A stretch of 64,000 nucleotides of DNA from Cyanidioschyzon merolae (GCA_000091205.1 AP006483.2); one strand, 5' to 3'. Numbered from the stretch's first letter, positions 39,949-51,980 are shown. A program made the numbers and translations. Notes: generated by a model from the sequence alone, not told the origin.

Positions 39949-40021
39949 GAGTGCGCTCTTCGTATGGAGAGCGGTGGAAGCCGTCTGCGTAGCTGAATGC
40001 CTCCTCCCTGCGCAGGGTGCT

Positions 40022-41017
40022 TCAAGTGCGAGAACTGGGCTGGACCTGGAAAAACGTACAGGCAGCCCACATTCCGAGTGTGACAAAGGCGCTGACCACA
40101 CTTGCAGGCTGTAACCATTCAGGCACTAGACCGACGGCGACTGCCTGCTCTATGTTGAACCAGCTGACGAGGGCGAACGCAAGGACGAAACCAATGCCTC
40201 CGAACATGAAAACGAGGCCCATCGTTTTCAGTGCTGCAGGTCTGTTAATGGGGCGCACCTCGCCAACGTTTCCAAATTCATCACGTCGAACCTCTGGTTG
40301 GCCTCTGTTGTATAAAAACGCCATGCTGGTGATGAAAGAGATCGGCAGCGAACTGGTCGCAAACCGTGGAATGAAAAATCCCAAAAGGCCAAGAATCGCC
40401 ATGATAATCGAAGTCTTTCGGAGGTACTGCTTCTCTGGCACTTTGAAGATTCCATAAAGAAGACCTCCAGGGCTAGTGAGCTGCCGACCAAGCCAGCTTG
40501 TCTTCCACCAGGGCTGCTTCCGCAGCCGCTTCTCCAGCGGTGACTCGCGCACTATACCCTCTAGTTTTCCTTGAAGACGGCGTCGGAGCTTATCGTCAAA
40601 TATCTTGTCCCGCAGCACCTCAAGCTTCGAAAGCTGCTTAAAATCGTCTGCGTACTTGATTTTCAGTTTCTCGAACGCTTCCTGGATTTCTTCGAAGGTC
40701 GCACTCTCAGAAACACCAAGTTCGCGATACGGATTCGTGCCGTCGCCGAAACCAGTGCCAGTCCGCCTGCGGCTGGAGCTCGAGCTGTCCCGCGTGGAAC
40801 GTCGAAAAAACCAAAATAGAGCTGTTAAAGCGAAAACTCCTTGAGTCGAACCCCCAGGCAGTTGTTTCTGCGGCCAAGCGCGCTGAGTATGAAATTTTCG
40901 CAAGAACCCGGAGCGTCGGCTGCTACCGAAAGTTCCAAGACAAATCCTCCTTTGTAAAAACCCAGGCCACCGTGCTGAGGTAGGAGAATTACTATGTGCA
41001 AAAGAAGCAGAAAACAT
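40022..41017 (-). CDS. Plastid J-like-domain membrane protein of the CPP1/CDF1 (DUF3353) type.
   Basis: The ATG at 41017-41015 was verified. The J-like domain NPYRELGVSESATFEEIQEAFEKLKIKYADD lacks the HPD tripeptide. It is followed by about four predicted TM helices (IIMAILGLLGFFIP..., LVFMFGGIGFVLAFALVSWF, VVSAFVTLGMWAA). The N-terminal ~90 aa are Ser/Arg-rich and presequence-like. Confidence 0.7.
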   Translation of the reverse strand: MFSASFAHSNSPTSARWPGFLQRRICLGTFGSSRRSGFLRKFHTQRAWPQKQLPGGSTQGVFALTALFWFFRRSTRDSSSSSRRRTGTGFGDGTNPYRELGVSESATFEEIQEAFEKLKIKYADDFKQLSKLEVLRDKIFDDKLRRRLQGKLEGIVRESPLEKRLRKQPWWKTSWLGRQLTSPGGLLYGIFKVPEKQYLRKTSIIMAILGLLGFFIPRFATSSLPISFITSMAFLYNRGQPEVRRDEFGNVGEVRPINRPAALKTMGLVFMFGGIGFVLAFALVSWFNIEQAVAVGLVPEWLQPASVVSAFVTLGMWAACTFFQVQPSSRT

Positions 41018-41169
41018 TCTTTTTGCAAAAGGCAGTGTTTGGGTACCGAAGTACTCGAAGCACGACTACTGAGCTTCTCAAAATAGCTGCAGACAATCAT
41101 CGCCGTCGTCCGCATGCGCATCGCAGAGTAGTCGCTGGCGGCACCCCCAAATCAGAACGAACTTGAAAG

Positions 41170-42045
41170 GGTCTACTTGGCTACCTCGGGCGTATACTCT
41201 AAACATTGGGCGTCTCCCCAGTGTCACCAACACAAGCCGTTGTGAGCCTTTTCTGAAACTGCATCGCTTCTCGTTCTCATCTCTCGCTTTAAGCTCGCCG
41301 GCTTCTAAAGTCCCTTCCGCTCTATCGCCAGCATTCGAAGGGTGATGATCGCGGCGTGATAACCCCGATTAACCTGTTTCCTGATGTCTTCTGTGCTTTT
41401 TATGCACAGGCAAAAGTTGCGATCTAAACATCACTGGCAACTACTCCCTTTCGTGCGTTCGGCCTGGATGCGCACTCCGCAATGGTATCACCGGGCTGTG
41501 ACGGGGGTTTCTCAAACGTCCACAACTCTTCCTTTTCAGCGCACCGCCATGTCGAGCGTGAACGCGTGCTTCATGGCTCTATTGCATGCCCTTGACGGGT
41601 ACAGAAGGCTATCGTCGATGCCCTGCTCCGGTTTTGCCCCAATTAGAGTGTCCAACGAGTACGGGCGTCTTTCTAGGCGATAGCCTCGGCGAGTGCATTG
41701 TCTGTTGCACACGCAAGCGCAAGCTGTTCCGTGCGACGGAGTTTCGCGCACTTGATGTTTCCCATGATTACATTGGTACTGGATGAGCAATCCAGACTGG
41801 AGACCAAGTTGCGCGATTTTGATTTGTCTACGACCCCTCATGTGAAGCGGTGACGCACATTGCGTGGTGAAGCGATTGGTGCGGTGACTGAAGTTCTAGA
41901 CCAAGACTGTCTTCCATCGAACCAGAGGATATGAGCGCGCCCGGGAGCATGCCCTGTGGGAAGTATCAAGTCGGCGCTGAATACTGGTGCATGGATGTCC
42001 GCCAAAAGAAGAGGACTAGTCTCTCAAATGGAACTGCCTGTTTGA
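41170..42045. repeat. Repeat family R1, copy B. It begins 153 bp upstream of the CPP1/CDF1-like start codon.
   Basis: It sits at a constant offset of 9736 bp from copy A along its whole length. See copy A for details. Confidence 0.9.
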
Positions 42046-43126
42046 CGAAAAACCTTGAGTAATCTTTCCGCACACGTTTGCGAACAAGTCGTCAAAGGAT
42101 TTTGTCGCGTTTTTTTCTATCTCAATCCAACTTCTCCAATAATTGAGCCCAATTAGTTGCAGTAAGACAAAATAGATCAAAGCTTAAAGATGGGTTCTTT
42201 TTGCATTCTACACGGAAGAAAAAGGAAGACAACAGATTTTTTATGAGGATGAATAGTATTATGGTATCGGTTGTTTCACGAACTCTCGTTCGAAGGTGTC
42301 GCAAATCAATTTGTTTCCGGTGACGTTACGAATTCCAACTGCAACATATCGAGGGAACCACTCCAAAAAAGCACCTTAAAATCCGAAAACTACCCGCGAA
42401 TTCAATAGCTCTTATTGCTACTGCTTGAATGTCGAGGTCCTCTAACCAAAGAAAGTTTGAGAAGTCGAAAGGCATTAACACTGCAAGCAGTTATATGTAC
42501 AGCGAAGAAAACAACATTCGTTCTACCACCATAGAGGATACATTGATACACACGGATAGACGCCACCCAGACTTTCTTGACTGGCCTCCTCAAATTGTTT
42601 CGGTTCATCCAGGTACAATAATAGCCTGAGAGACTGGTCCACGAAAATAGGTCACCTCAGCTCTTCGAGTATCTTCTTCAGTTCTGCAAACCGTATGATA
42701 ATGATGGCGGTGTTAGAATCATGGTTCACGAATTGCTTGCTTTTAAAGCCTCTGGTGGCGCAGATCTATGCAAGGGTTCCTCGCACTCGCGCCCTCTGGG
42801 CGACTGCAGTCTCGTCATCTTGCCGTCAGGCAAACAACTTTTCTCGCCTATCTCCCCTCGACTTCTTCTTCATTTGCTTTTCTTCTCTCGGTGGGCGATG
42901 AGAGAAGGATTTTTGCTCTTTGTTTCCGAGGGGCATGCGATGACGGCCCTCCAGGATCCCCAGCATTCATGCCGATACCTTTCCCTTAGATTTTTTACTT
43001 TTGAATATGAAAGCACACCGACCTCGTCTGCTATAAACCGCGAGAAAGCATTCCATTACACTCTCCTAGGGTTGGAGCGCAGTCGAAATGAAACACTATT
43101 CACACTATCGCCTTCGATTATAGCCA

Positions 43127-44490
43127 TTCAGCTCATAATTGTTTCACAAGCGCTGCATGCGCTCGAATACCATTTGTCAGTGTGGAGCAGGTGATCCAAA
43201 CCACTCGGTAATCTACCGCATACATCATAGACGAATTGCCTTTGGGACATATATACTCTTTACTGCGCAGAGCAAGGAGGAATACATTCCTTCTTCAGGC
43301 CAATCACACAGCAGTACTCAGATAGTTGAGGAACACTGAAAGAAACAAGTATATGCGCTCTGTGCCAAAAGTCGATATTCGTGAAGCGTGCTTGGGGCCA
43401 ATGGTGGCAAACGACCCATTGATCGTCTTATTGGAAGGAAAAGGGACAACAGTAGCCGACATTGGCGTCTCTGCTTCTCAACAGCTTGTTCTTGTGGTCC
43501 TGGGAACACCCGGATACAATTACAAAGAAATGACAGATTTCATTCACGGCCATCTTGCACCGAAATTGCAACTAGAGCGTACCTGGAACGTCGCGATCGC
43601 TATTAAGCACAGGACAGTCGGTTTGCGTTTCCAGTCGATGAGACGTCATTCGCTCGAAAAAGTCGGAGCTCATATGGGTATTCGGATAGAAAGAGCCCGT
43701 CATATGTGCGACCGAACTCGTTGAGAAATGGGACATCATCTGTTTCGGCTGGAACGGATTCATGTGGCGGCCTCATTTTCGCCCTAAGAGACGGCTTCCA
43801 CAACAGCACCAAATACATCGAATAACTGATGACTCTTGCCTGACGTCTGGTGATGTCGTTCTGTTGCACAATGCGGCATTTCTCTCTTCCCCTAGCGTTC
43901 AAGCTTTTGTCGATTCTATCGAGGGGTAGAGCTGCTGTTCATTCCTGCGTACTCTACGTGGTTGAAACTCATCGGAAGGGTCTTCTCTATCGTGCAAACG
44001 TAGTGATCGCTCCACGAGGCAAATCGCTAAGGCCTTCAGCACACGGTGACACCGGGGCACATTTCGTCTTTCTTCCGCAAACCCTTCTCCGTCAATTACC
44101 GTCCGCATCTGGCGGCATAGTTAAGTGCGCTGTTTCTAAAACATTAAAGGACGGGCTGGGATATCCACTTCATAAGGTCAAGATGGAGCGAAGCGAGCGG
44201 GGCGCTTCGGCGACAGAAAAGCACCCAGAGCTGACAGAGCACCAAATTGCACAGAGGGCTCGAGAGGTCGAGGAATCCCTGATGTGATGCGTTCAATCAG
44301 AGGCAATAAACACGTGGAATTCGTGGATTGAAACTTGGACGCCGCCATAAATACCAGATGATATGTTGTGCTGAAGAAGAGACCCGTGGGGAGAACGTGA
44401 GCGAACTTCATGGGGCAGCCTCTCGGACTCGAATTGTACACGGAGAAACTGAAGCCGATTGCAGGCTGCAGGTCAAAAAGACTGGGAGGC
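43127..44490. repeat. Repeat family R2, copy A (1364 bp). It is ~100% identical to 51981-53344 and in direct orientation.
   Basis: Constant 8854-bp offset. Track ORFs 43139.., 43326.., 43850.. and 44328.. reappear identically at 51993.., 52180.., 52704.. and 53182... The 5' edge is sharp (TTCAGCTCA[T/A]AATTG). Beyond the 3' edge, similarity decays gradually rather than stopping. Confidence 0.9.
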
Positions 44491-44791
44491 CTCTGCCGAT
44501 TGATATATATATATTGTATGGTTGTGAAAGATGTTCATTTTACTGACAAGCCAGGTGACCTTAGTTATGCCTTTCTTACTCCTGCACCAGGATCGTCACC
44601 AAGGCCGGCGGCGTTTCGTCTGCTCGGCAATAAACCTCACCTGAGTCTGCAGGGCGGTTGCGAGCTGTACGGAAACACGCCTGCGGCGCATGATCCAGAA
44701 CACACCTGCGCGTCAATGTACTGTTACTACAGCGCTCCGCTGATAATTCTCAGAGGGACGTTTACTCGTGCAGAGACTGCTAATGCGGTAA

Positions 44792-45661
44792 ATGAGATAC
44801 CTCTTTGCACCGTCTTGGAGTGTGGGACATGGTTGGACCGTGCAGACGCAGCAGCGCTTTCGAGGGTCTCCTTCAACAAAGAGCGGGACGCGGTGCGTGC
44901 CCGCGCCCCGGCGCTCTGCGAGGTTACGGAAGGCCGGGGAGCAGCGTGTGCGTAGGAAACGGTCCATGGGCCTTAAGTGTTTATTAGCTGGGCCAGACAC
45001 TGGTTTTTTTGGTATCGGGACATCTGAAGTGCTTGTCATTCTTCTCTGCGCTTGGCTCCTACTTGGCCCAAAAGGCACTTACGAAGCAGCCCGAAACCTT
45101 GGGAGTTTCATAGCGAATCTTCGTGAGGCAGCAAATCAAGCGCGGGAGCAGTTTATATCTGCTCTCGGAGAAGACTACGACAGCGCTCGTCGTGAGGTCG
45201 AAGGAATCAGGGACTCTTTCGTCGGGGCGCTATCAGGTGAGGTCGACGATTTTGACGGCGAGGCTGGTAAGAACTTAGCTGCTGCGACCGATGACAAGTC
45301 CACCGGAAAAGAGCGTGTTGGTCAAAGTCCGAGTTCGCCGCTAGATATTGCTACCTTTACGAGTCTGACTGGAGGGAAAGGGCGGTCCGAAGATGAAGCG
45401 AGAAGCTACTTTTTAGATGCTCTTCGAAGAGTGAATGATCCGAACCAGGTGCCACCGACATTCGCGAGCGAGCCTGCCAGTGCTGCGAAGGAAATCGAGT
45501 TGGATGGGCATTCTATCAGGGCCGAGCCTGAGGTTCGTGGACTAGAACGACTCACAACGGAGTCAGGGGCTCTCGATCTGCGAAAGCTTGAGCTACGTGT
45601 AGCTGCTCTAGAAGACGAGATTCTAGAGCTTAAGATGATCATCAGGGAGCGGCGGCAATAG
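44792..45661 (+). CDS. TatA/TatB-family protein (Hcf106/TatB-like) with an organellar presequence.
   Basis: The ATG at 44792 was verified. It opens with about 58 aa that are Arg/Ser-rich. Then comes MGLKCLLAGPDTGFFGIGTSEVLVILLCAWLLLGPKGTYEAARNLGSFIANLREAANQAREQF, which is the TatA/B TM helix plus hinge Gly/Pro plus amphipathic helix (compare FGIGxPELLVI..LLVFGPKKLPE). The long acidic/coiled C-terminal extension is typical of TatB/Hcf106. Confidence 0.7.
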   Translation: MRYLFAPSWSVGHGWTVQTQQRFRGSPSTKSGTRCVPAPRRSARLRKAGEQRVRRKRSMGLKCLLAGPDTGFFGIGTSEVLVILLCAWLLLGPKGTYEAARNLGSFIANLREAANQAREQFISALGEDYDSARREVEGIRDSFVGALSGEVDDFDGEAGKNLAAATDDKSTGKERVGQSPSSPLDIATFTSLTGGKGRSEDEARSYFLDALRRVNDPNQVPPTFASEPASAAKEIELDGHSIRAEPEVRGLERLTTESGALDLRKLELRVAALEDEILELKMIIRERRQ

Positions 45662-47488
45662 CCTTGGAATGAACCGTAAAGTTCGTGCTCCGAGCGTCTG
45701 CTTTTCGGGCATCGAGATGAGTTCCGGAGGTGAAGAGCACTATAGGAATATTGCTTATAATATCAGATTGTGTACGCCGCACAGTAGGAAGACGCTTCTT
45801 TTATTCCGGTTGGCAATCATCTGAAAATAAGCCACAATCGGATCATGTCCTACTGAGCCAGAGATCTCGAATCAGAAAACGTAAATTTCCGTGGCGTAAG
45901 CAATTCAAATCCGCAAGAAACCAGACGAAACAACAGAGCGCAAATCTGTTACTCATTGTTAGACACTTACCAAGGGATCTGAGGTGACTGTATCAGAAAC
46001 GGCGCAAGCGGAATAGTATGTAATGGTGGGGACACATCTAAGTATGCGAATTTTAACGAAAACTACAGAATGAGTTCAAATATGATCCAGATCGTTCGAG
46101 CTGAACTACCGCTTCTAGATAAAGCAAAAATTGAAATCTAATTGGTAAATTCAGAATGCGCACCGGCCAATTTTCGATGAATCGATTGGATTTTGCATCC
46201 GCACATCAAAATGTTGGAACTTGTTTTCACTGACACAGGTTCATTCCTCAAAATGTTGCTTAGTATGCAAACACAGCGCTCCATTAATCTTTGTCACCTT
46301 CTGGTTAAGGCTTGCACAATTCTGCTTAAGTATCGTGCTCAAATCCGAGATCCAGTACTCGCGAAGAAGATGTGGGTATTTCACAGCGCAGTTGAATCCT
46401 GGCTGTCTATCCATAGTACAGCAGAGCTTCCGATGCTATGTTTTCTTGTGGCTAACAACTGGTTTGTAATGAATTGCCATATGTGATGTTTTTACGGTGA
46501 TGAAGAAAATTTAAGTTCCCAGTCTTTGCAAACATCATTGTCAACTCTTACTCTTCAAAAATTTCGCGACTGTACTATATGTAGTGCTTTGGGGAAGAAC
46601 TGTGCGAGCCTGCCCTTTCGTTTTTTGTTTTCATCACGAATATGCAACCAAAATGGACGTATCCCGTAGATGGGAGAAAGGTGGCGGGGAGGCTTTCTAC
46701 TATCACTGCTTATTTCGAAAAAACGTCTAAACTTGCTTCAGTCAAGAATCCGAGGCACAGCGGACAAATGCCCTGATCTCCTCCGCGCGCCTACTCTGGA
46801 CGCCATGAAGAAAACATAGAACTCACAGAGCTCCTTCATATAAGACTGTTTCTTCGTAGATTCATTCCACTCAATACCTTCTCTAGAAGGCACTATCATA
46901 GAAGCAACAGGGTTCGAAGAATCAATACCGTCGCTACGAACCGTGATGAAAGGCTATCAGAGGACAAACAGAAAAGCAAGCTTGTATGGACACATACGCG
47001 CTACGAATAATGTTTTATCGACTTCATGCCGAAACGCGAACGCTTATTACAGGATAAAAGGGTGTTCGTCTCACTAGATGAAAATTCTTGATGAAAAAAT
47101 GGTGGGCGAGTCTGTGTGTACTCAAAGAGCGTCAAATGTCTGGTCTTAGAGAATGTATAATCGAACAATGCGAAAACATAAACTCCAGCGGCCGCTCAAT
47201 AGGGTTGTCGCTTACAAAGAATCACATAGACAGGATTGTTCAACACCTCGTCTTTCGTCCGTGCACTATTTGACTTCCCCGCCCAATATTCTCCTATATT
47301 TCTCTAAAATGATGTCGATCTCTGTTACAAAAATGCCGTCTACGAGTGCGCAGCGAAGATGGGCGCTCTTTGCTCTACTAATACTTCCGCTGCCCAGCTA
47401 ACAGCCAGCGCGAGCGGCTTGTGAATAATTTCCCGGTACATGTAGATCGTGGTGCTGCTGGATCGAGCGCGCGTTTTTGGCGCGCTGT

Positions 47489-50400
47489 ATGCATTTGCAT
47501 TCATCTAACTGCGGTTTACGCATGGCGAGACTAGGCACTGAGACCACAGGGGGAAGGCCAAGTACTCCAAGTGAGCAGACTGCAACTCAGACAGCGAGTG
47601 CCCGGCGTACTGCAAAGCGTCGGAGGACTAACACCAGTAGTTTGGCTGACTTTCGCTCCAAGCGTGAGCGGGGAGGTACCTCCGGGCGGACACCGTCACA
47701 AGACGAATCAGTGGGTGCAGCCCAGCTCCCCGAGCCTGTTGCGCAGGCGTCATCACAGTTGCAGCTGGGCGAGTTGGCTGTGGAAACTCGGTTCCCTGTG
47801 AGCGTAGCGGTTCAGAGTCGAGCTCGGAGCTTTGCGCAGTACGGAATTCTGGAATGGATCCGATTGGAGAACTTTATGTGCCACCGTTGCTTTGAAGTCA
47901 AGTTTGGCCCGAACGTCAACATCATATCGGGACCAAACGGCTCGGGAAAGTCTGCGATAGTTGCGGCTCTTCAGCTCGTGTTTGGGTCCTCCTCAACGTC
48001 CACGGACCGTGGGCGACGTGCAAGAGACCTCATACGCATCGGTGCAAGCTCGGGGTTGGTTGCAGTTAGGTTGAAGAACCGGCCTGACGAAACGGATGCT
48101 GTCGACGGGCGCTTTCGACCGGACGTGTACGGAGACTCGATAGTCATTCAACGTCGCTTGACGCGTACTGGAGTCTCCAAGTGGAGCTTTCACAACGCTG
48201 AGGGCAGACGTGTCCAGACTGAGCGCTCCGCACGGCTTGAGCTCGAGGCCATCATGGATCACTTTTCGATTCAAGTGAGCAACCCTGTCGCGATTTTAAC
48301 CCAGAAGAAGTCGAAGGAGTTTCTCTCTAGTGGCAAACCATCCGATCTCTACAAATTCTTTATGGAGGCGACGAAGCTCGGTGAAGTTCGTGACGCGCTT
48401 ATGGAAGTTCGCAACCAGGCGGCTGAGATTCGAAGCATGTACGGTCGGAAAGAAGCTGAGATACCCCGTTTGCAGACGGAGCTTAATGCGGCAAAAGCAG
48501 CCTTCGAAGAAGCCCAACGCATCGAACATCTGGAAGAAGAGCTGAAGAGTCTGAGAGAACATTACGCTTGGGCTCTTGTCGCTGAGGCGGAGCACCGTTT
48601 GGCGCATGCTCTAGAGGACAGAAATAAGGCTCAAAATCTAATCGATGAAGGTGAAAGGCGCCTAGGACTTCTTGAAAATGAGATTAGTGCCAAATCTGAT
48701 GAACTTAATAATCGGAATCGAGAGCTGCGAGAGATCAATGAGATGATTAATCGAGATATCTCAGAGGAGACAAACGTCGAGGCGGCGCTACGAGAAGTTC
48801 GCGCAGAGATTCGCCGCCTTGAGCAGCAGCGAGCGCGTTTGAGCTCGATCCAGACGAATCGCAAAGATGAGCGTGATGCTGTGCTCGCCGAACAAGAAAA
48901 ACTTCGGCATCGTAGCATCTCATCAGACTCGCAACTCGTGCAGCACCACCAACAGCTTCAACAATTGATGGACGAGATTGCCCGCCTATCGACGTTGCTG
49001 GAAACGAAACGCTGCTTGTTGAACCAGCTCGAAACGCAACTGGAAACCGCGCGGGCCGATCAAGCTCAGTTACGCACGCGCCTTCAGTTACGGGAAAGTG
49101 CGCTGCGCCAAGCAGAACGCAGCCTGGTTGAACTGCAACAGAGCACTCAGGACCCAAGAGTGATTTTTGGTGGGCCACATGTCACAGCACTTTTGGCGGA
49201 TGTCGAAAGGGCCATGGAACAGAAAATCTTTAGTCGGAAACCGATCGGTCCTCTCGGATCGTTTCTTCGGGTACGCGATCCCAAATGGACGCTTCCTATT
49301 GAGTTCTCTATCTCCGCGGCTGTTCTTTCGGCTTTTGTTGTCCATAATCTCACCGACGCAGAAGCGTTGCGTAGGCTAGCAGAGCAGCGCAAGTATCCTA
49401 TTCCCCGTATTCTGGTACAGGATATGGACGCTCCTTTGTATCGTCCCCGTGCAGAACTGTTGCCACCAGCTGAGCTTATCACTGTCCACTCACAAATACG
49501 AATAGAGGCCCACGAACAGGTTCTGCAGAACGTCTTGATGGACCACGCAGAGACAGAACTGAATCTGCTTTTTGATACGGCAGAGGATGCACGGCGAGCC
49601 GCGTTTGAGCTGCGTCCCCGAAACGCCCGAGTCTGTTGGTCAGCTGGTGGGGATCGTGCGCAAGTTGGTGCTGGAGGCTCGAATCAATTCCGCGCAGGGC
49701 CTGATCCGTCGAGGTACACGCCGAAACTGGCGGGCGATATCGAGCATCAGATAATACTGAAGCAAAGGCTACTCGAAAATGAGCGACGGGAGTACGAACT
49801 GCTGAAAGTCCGCGAAACAGATTGCAAGAATACTGTAGACGACCTTGAGAGGCGGCGTTCGCAAATAGCTCAAGATTTGGTTGGTCTTGAAAACGAGGAG
49901 CGCATGAAGAGACACCGCATCGAGCTCCTGCGAGAGAGCCGAGAGGATGAGACCACTGATGCATTTTTGCCGGACGCCTATCAGGAACGCGTAGCGGCGA
50001 TCGATGCAGAACTCGAGTCGATTTCGAAACAGCTCCAAGTCTACGAAGATGAAATAAAATTGGCTAAGGACAAAGAGAACGAAATCGAGACAAGAGATCG
50101 CGATCGTCGCCGCATGGAAAGAGAGCTCGATGAGCGCCGACGAGAACTCGCGAAAAATTGCCGCACTCTCGCGGCAGAGCACGCACAGCTGCAGGCGGAG
50201 CTCCAGGCTTTGCGCAGCGGCATTGAAAAGGAGCAGGTGAATCTGGGTGCCCTCGAGACGAGGCTGGAGACTTTGCGCAACGAGCTGCGGCGGGAGGAGC
50301 ATAACGCGCTGCAAGTCTGTGCCCGGCTGGAATGCGAAATACGTCCAGTACAAGAACTGCGTATCGAGATCGCTAGCTTGGAATCACGCGTGCAGACAGA

Positions 50401-51073
50401 GCAAAAACGCCTGGACGGCTTTTCGATTTTGCAGTTACAGGAGCGATATGAGCGTGCGCAGCAGTCTTATGATACAATTAAGACGGAGCTTGGCGCCCTA
50501 GAAAGACTTCTGCAGCGCATTGAGGACGGGCTCGTCGAGCGTGTGAAGTCGTTTATTCAGCTCCGGGCTCAGATCCAGAAGCATGTTAGCGCCTATTTCG
50601 GCTACTATATCCACATGCGAGGCCATTATGGAAGCATCAAGTTCGATGACCGATCCCAGGAAATGCGCTTACGAGTCGCAATCAGCCATCACCGAACGCA
50701 CGAGGGCGAATTGTGCTTCGCCCAAGACCTACGCTCGCTCAGCGGCGGAGAACGGTCTTTCACAACACTGGCGCTCATGCTCGCGCTCGGTGAAGCCATG
50801 GAGGCGCCATTTCGCATCATGGATGAATTTGACGTCTTCATGGACGAAGCAAACCGACGAGTCGCGTACAAAACGCTCATCGACATTGCGAAGCGAGAGA
50901 GCAGGCGTCAGTTTGTTTTCATAACACCGCTGACGCTGCCAAACCTGCGCGCTGACCCTGAGTGCGTTCGTGTTGTGCGACTCGTACCGCCAGTGCGTGG
51001 TACAGACAATGTGCAACAGACAATTCTTGACGATTTCGCCCCAAACGCAGGAGATGTCACTGATCCGCAGTAG
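47489..51073 (+). CDS. SMC6: SMC6 (structural maintenance of chromosomes 6), about 1194 aa.
   Basis: The N-terminus ILEWIRLENFMCH...ISGPNGSGKSAIVAALQLVFG (Walker A) closely parallels the SMC6 N-terminus. There is a long coiled-coil interior. The C-terminal LSGGERSFTTLALMLALGEAMEAPFRIMDEFDVFMDEANRRVAYKTLIDIA gives the signature motif plus Walker B, as in SMC6. The track start at 47477 is TTG; the first ATG is at 47489. An alternative ATG lies at ~47521. A KRRRTN NLS-like segment is present. Confidence 0.9.
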   Translation: MHLHSSNCGLRMARLGTETTGGRPSTPSEQTATQTASARRTAKRRRTNTSSLADFRSKRERGGTSGRTPSQDESVGAAQLPEPVAQASSQLQLGELAVETRFPVSVAVQSRARSFAQYGILEWIRLENFMCHRCFEVKFGPNVNIISGPNGSGKSAIVAALQLVFGSSSTSTDRGRRARDLIRIGASSGLVAVRLKNRPDETDAVDGRFRPDVYGDSIVIQRRLTRTGVSKWSFHNAEGRRVQTERSARLELEAIMDHFSIQVSNPVAILTQKKSKEFLSSGKPSDLYKFFMEATKLGEVRDALMEVRNQAAEIRSMYGRKEAEIPRLQTELNAAKAAFEEAQRIEHLEEELKSLREHYAWALVAEAEHRLAHALEDRNKAQNLIDEGERRLGLLENEISAKSDELNNRNRELREINEMINRDISEETNVEAALREVRAEIRRLEQQRARLSSIQTNRKDERDAVLAEQEKLRHRSISSDSQLVQHHQQLQQLMDEIARLSTLLETKRCLLNQLETQLETARADQAQLRTRLQLRESALRQAERSLVELQQSTQDPRVIFGGPHVTALLADVERAMEQKIFSRKPIGPLGSFLRVRDPKWTLPIEFSISAAVLSAFVVHNLTDAEALRRLAEQRKYPIPRILVQDMDAPLYRPRAELLPPAELITVHSQIRIEAHEQVLQNVLMDHAETELNLLFDTAEDARRAAFELRPRNARVCWSAGGDRAQVGAGGSNQFRAGPDPSRYTPKLAGDIEHQIILKQRLLENERREYELLKVRETDCKNTVDDLERRRSQIAQDLVGLENEERMKRHRIELLRESREDETTDAFLPDAYQERVAAIDAELESISKQLQVYEDEIKLAKDKENEIETRDRDRRRMERELDERRRELAKNCRTLAAEHAQLQAELQALRSGIEKEQVNLGALETRLETLRNELRREEHNALQVCARLECEIRPVQELRIEIASLESRVQTEQKRLDGFSILQLQERYERAQQSYDTIKTELGALERLLQRIEDGLVERVKSFIQLRAQIQKHVSAYFGYYIHMRGHYGSIKFDDRSQEMRLRVAISHHRTHEGELCFAQDLRSLSGGERSFTTLALMLALGEAMEAPFRIMDEFDVFMDEANRRVAYKTLIDIAKRESRRQFVFITPLTLPNLRADPECVRVVRLVPPVRGTDNVQQTILDDFAPNAGDVTDPQ

Positions 51074-51500
51074 CTGTAGGCGGAAGACGAACGGAATTCC
51101 ATACGGTCAGTGCTCTGGAGCAACAAAGTTCGTCATCTACCGCAGACTACTAGGGCCTCAGCGATAAACGGCGTCTTTCATCCCGCTTGCTTGCATGCGA
51201 ATGCATGTGCGAGCGCTGCCAAGATATGGATACTTTCGACGATGCGCACCACACCCTGAGCATCTCGCTGCATTGTTGTGAGCTCTTTTTCGTTTTGCCC
51301 CACCAGCCGGATGGGATGCGCTTGACTGGTTCCCATTGTAGGTTTTCATCGCTCTTCGGGGGCACCTTGGCGCGGAGCGCACTCGACAGCGGACGAGCGG
51401 AATGCCTTGAGTATTTGCTGTGCCAGTACTTGCGCTCATGACCCTTGACTGTTACGTAAGCGTAACTCCACACCCTCATCGGCTAAACAAACTGTGTGCG

Positions 51501-51866
51501 CTAGCAAGGGTTCATCTGAAAAGCCACCTGCTCCAGGCCTGCGAGGCGGTTCGATCGCTTGACGGGCGCGAAACCGCAGCCGGGGCACAGCCGATGTGGA
51601 AGGTGGAATGTCCCGCAGTTCGGACACTGTTGCACGTTCGGATAGGGTCGCAAGCCCTTCCCGCTGGCGCGCATTCGCTTCCGAGAGTGCGACGTTTTTT
51701 TCTTGGGAACCGCCAGCAGTACGTGCTGGAGAAACGGCCGCTCCGAGCAGACGGAGCCCACCACGACATTCGTTAAACGCTCCCAAGCGAGCAGCGCCCC
51801 AAGTCGAAACGTCTCAAGGCACGGTGCGCTGAAACAAGTCAGGGCCGAGGATATTAACGATCGCAT
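51501..51866 (-). CDS. Organellar (bacterial-type) ribosomal protein bL32 with an N-terminal presequence, probably mitochondrial.
   Basis: The C-terminal half reads AVPKKKTSHSRKRMRASGKGLRPYPNVQQCPNCGTFHLPHRLCPGCG. This is the bL32 signature (the KKxTSxSxxxxRR start plus the C-x2-C...H-R-x-C-x2-C zinc ribbon). The track start at 51902 is TTG; the first ATG is at 51866-51864 (MRSLISS...), which gives a presequence of ~65 aa plus mature bL32. Confidence 0.75.
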   Translation of the reverse strand: MRSLISSALTCFSAPCLETFRLGALLAWERLTNVVVGSVCSERPFLQHVLLAVPKKKTSHSRKRMRASGKGLRPYPNVQQCPNCGTFHLPHRLCPGCGFAPVKRSNRLAGLEQVAFQMNPC

Positions 51867-51980
51867 CGGGTGCGGGGGCAAAAACTGTATCCCTAACCAC
51901 AACCAGCCTTGCGGTTGTAGGCGTAAAGCTATATTCTTTCGTCGAGCAAACCTATTTGGAATGCAGGTACGCGATGATCG

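Noticed and set aside
43326-44287. ORFs inside repeat R2 (132 aa at 43326..43724 and 145 aa at 43850..44287, duplicated at 52180.. and 52704..) as real genes.
   Set aside because: The old R2 homologue at ~11200-12200 does not conserve these reading frames. There is no recognisable homology. Their identity between the young copies simply reflects the ~100% nucleotide identity of the copies.
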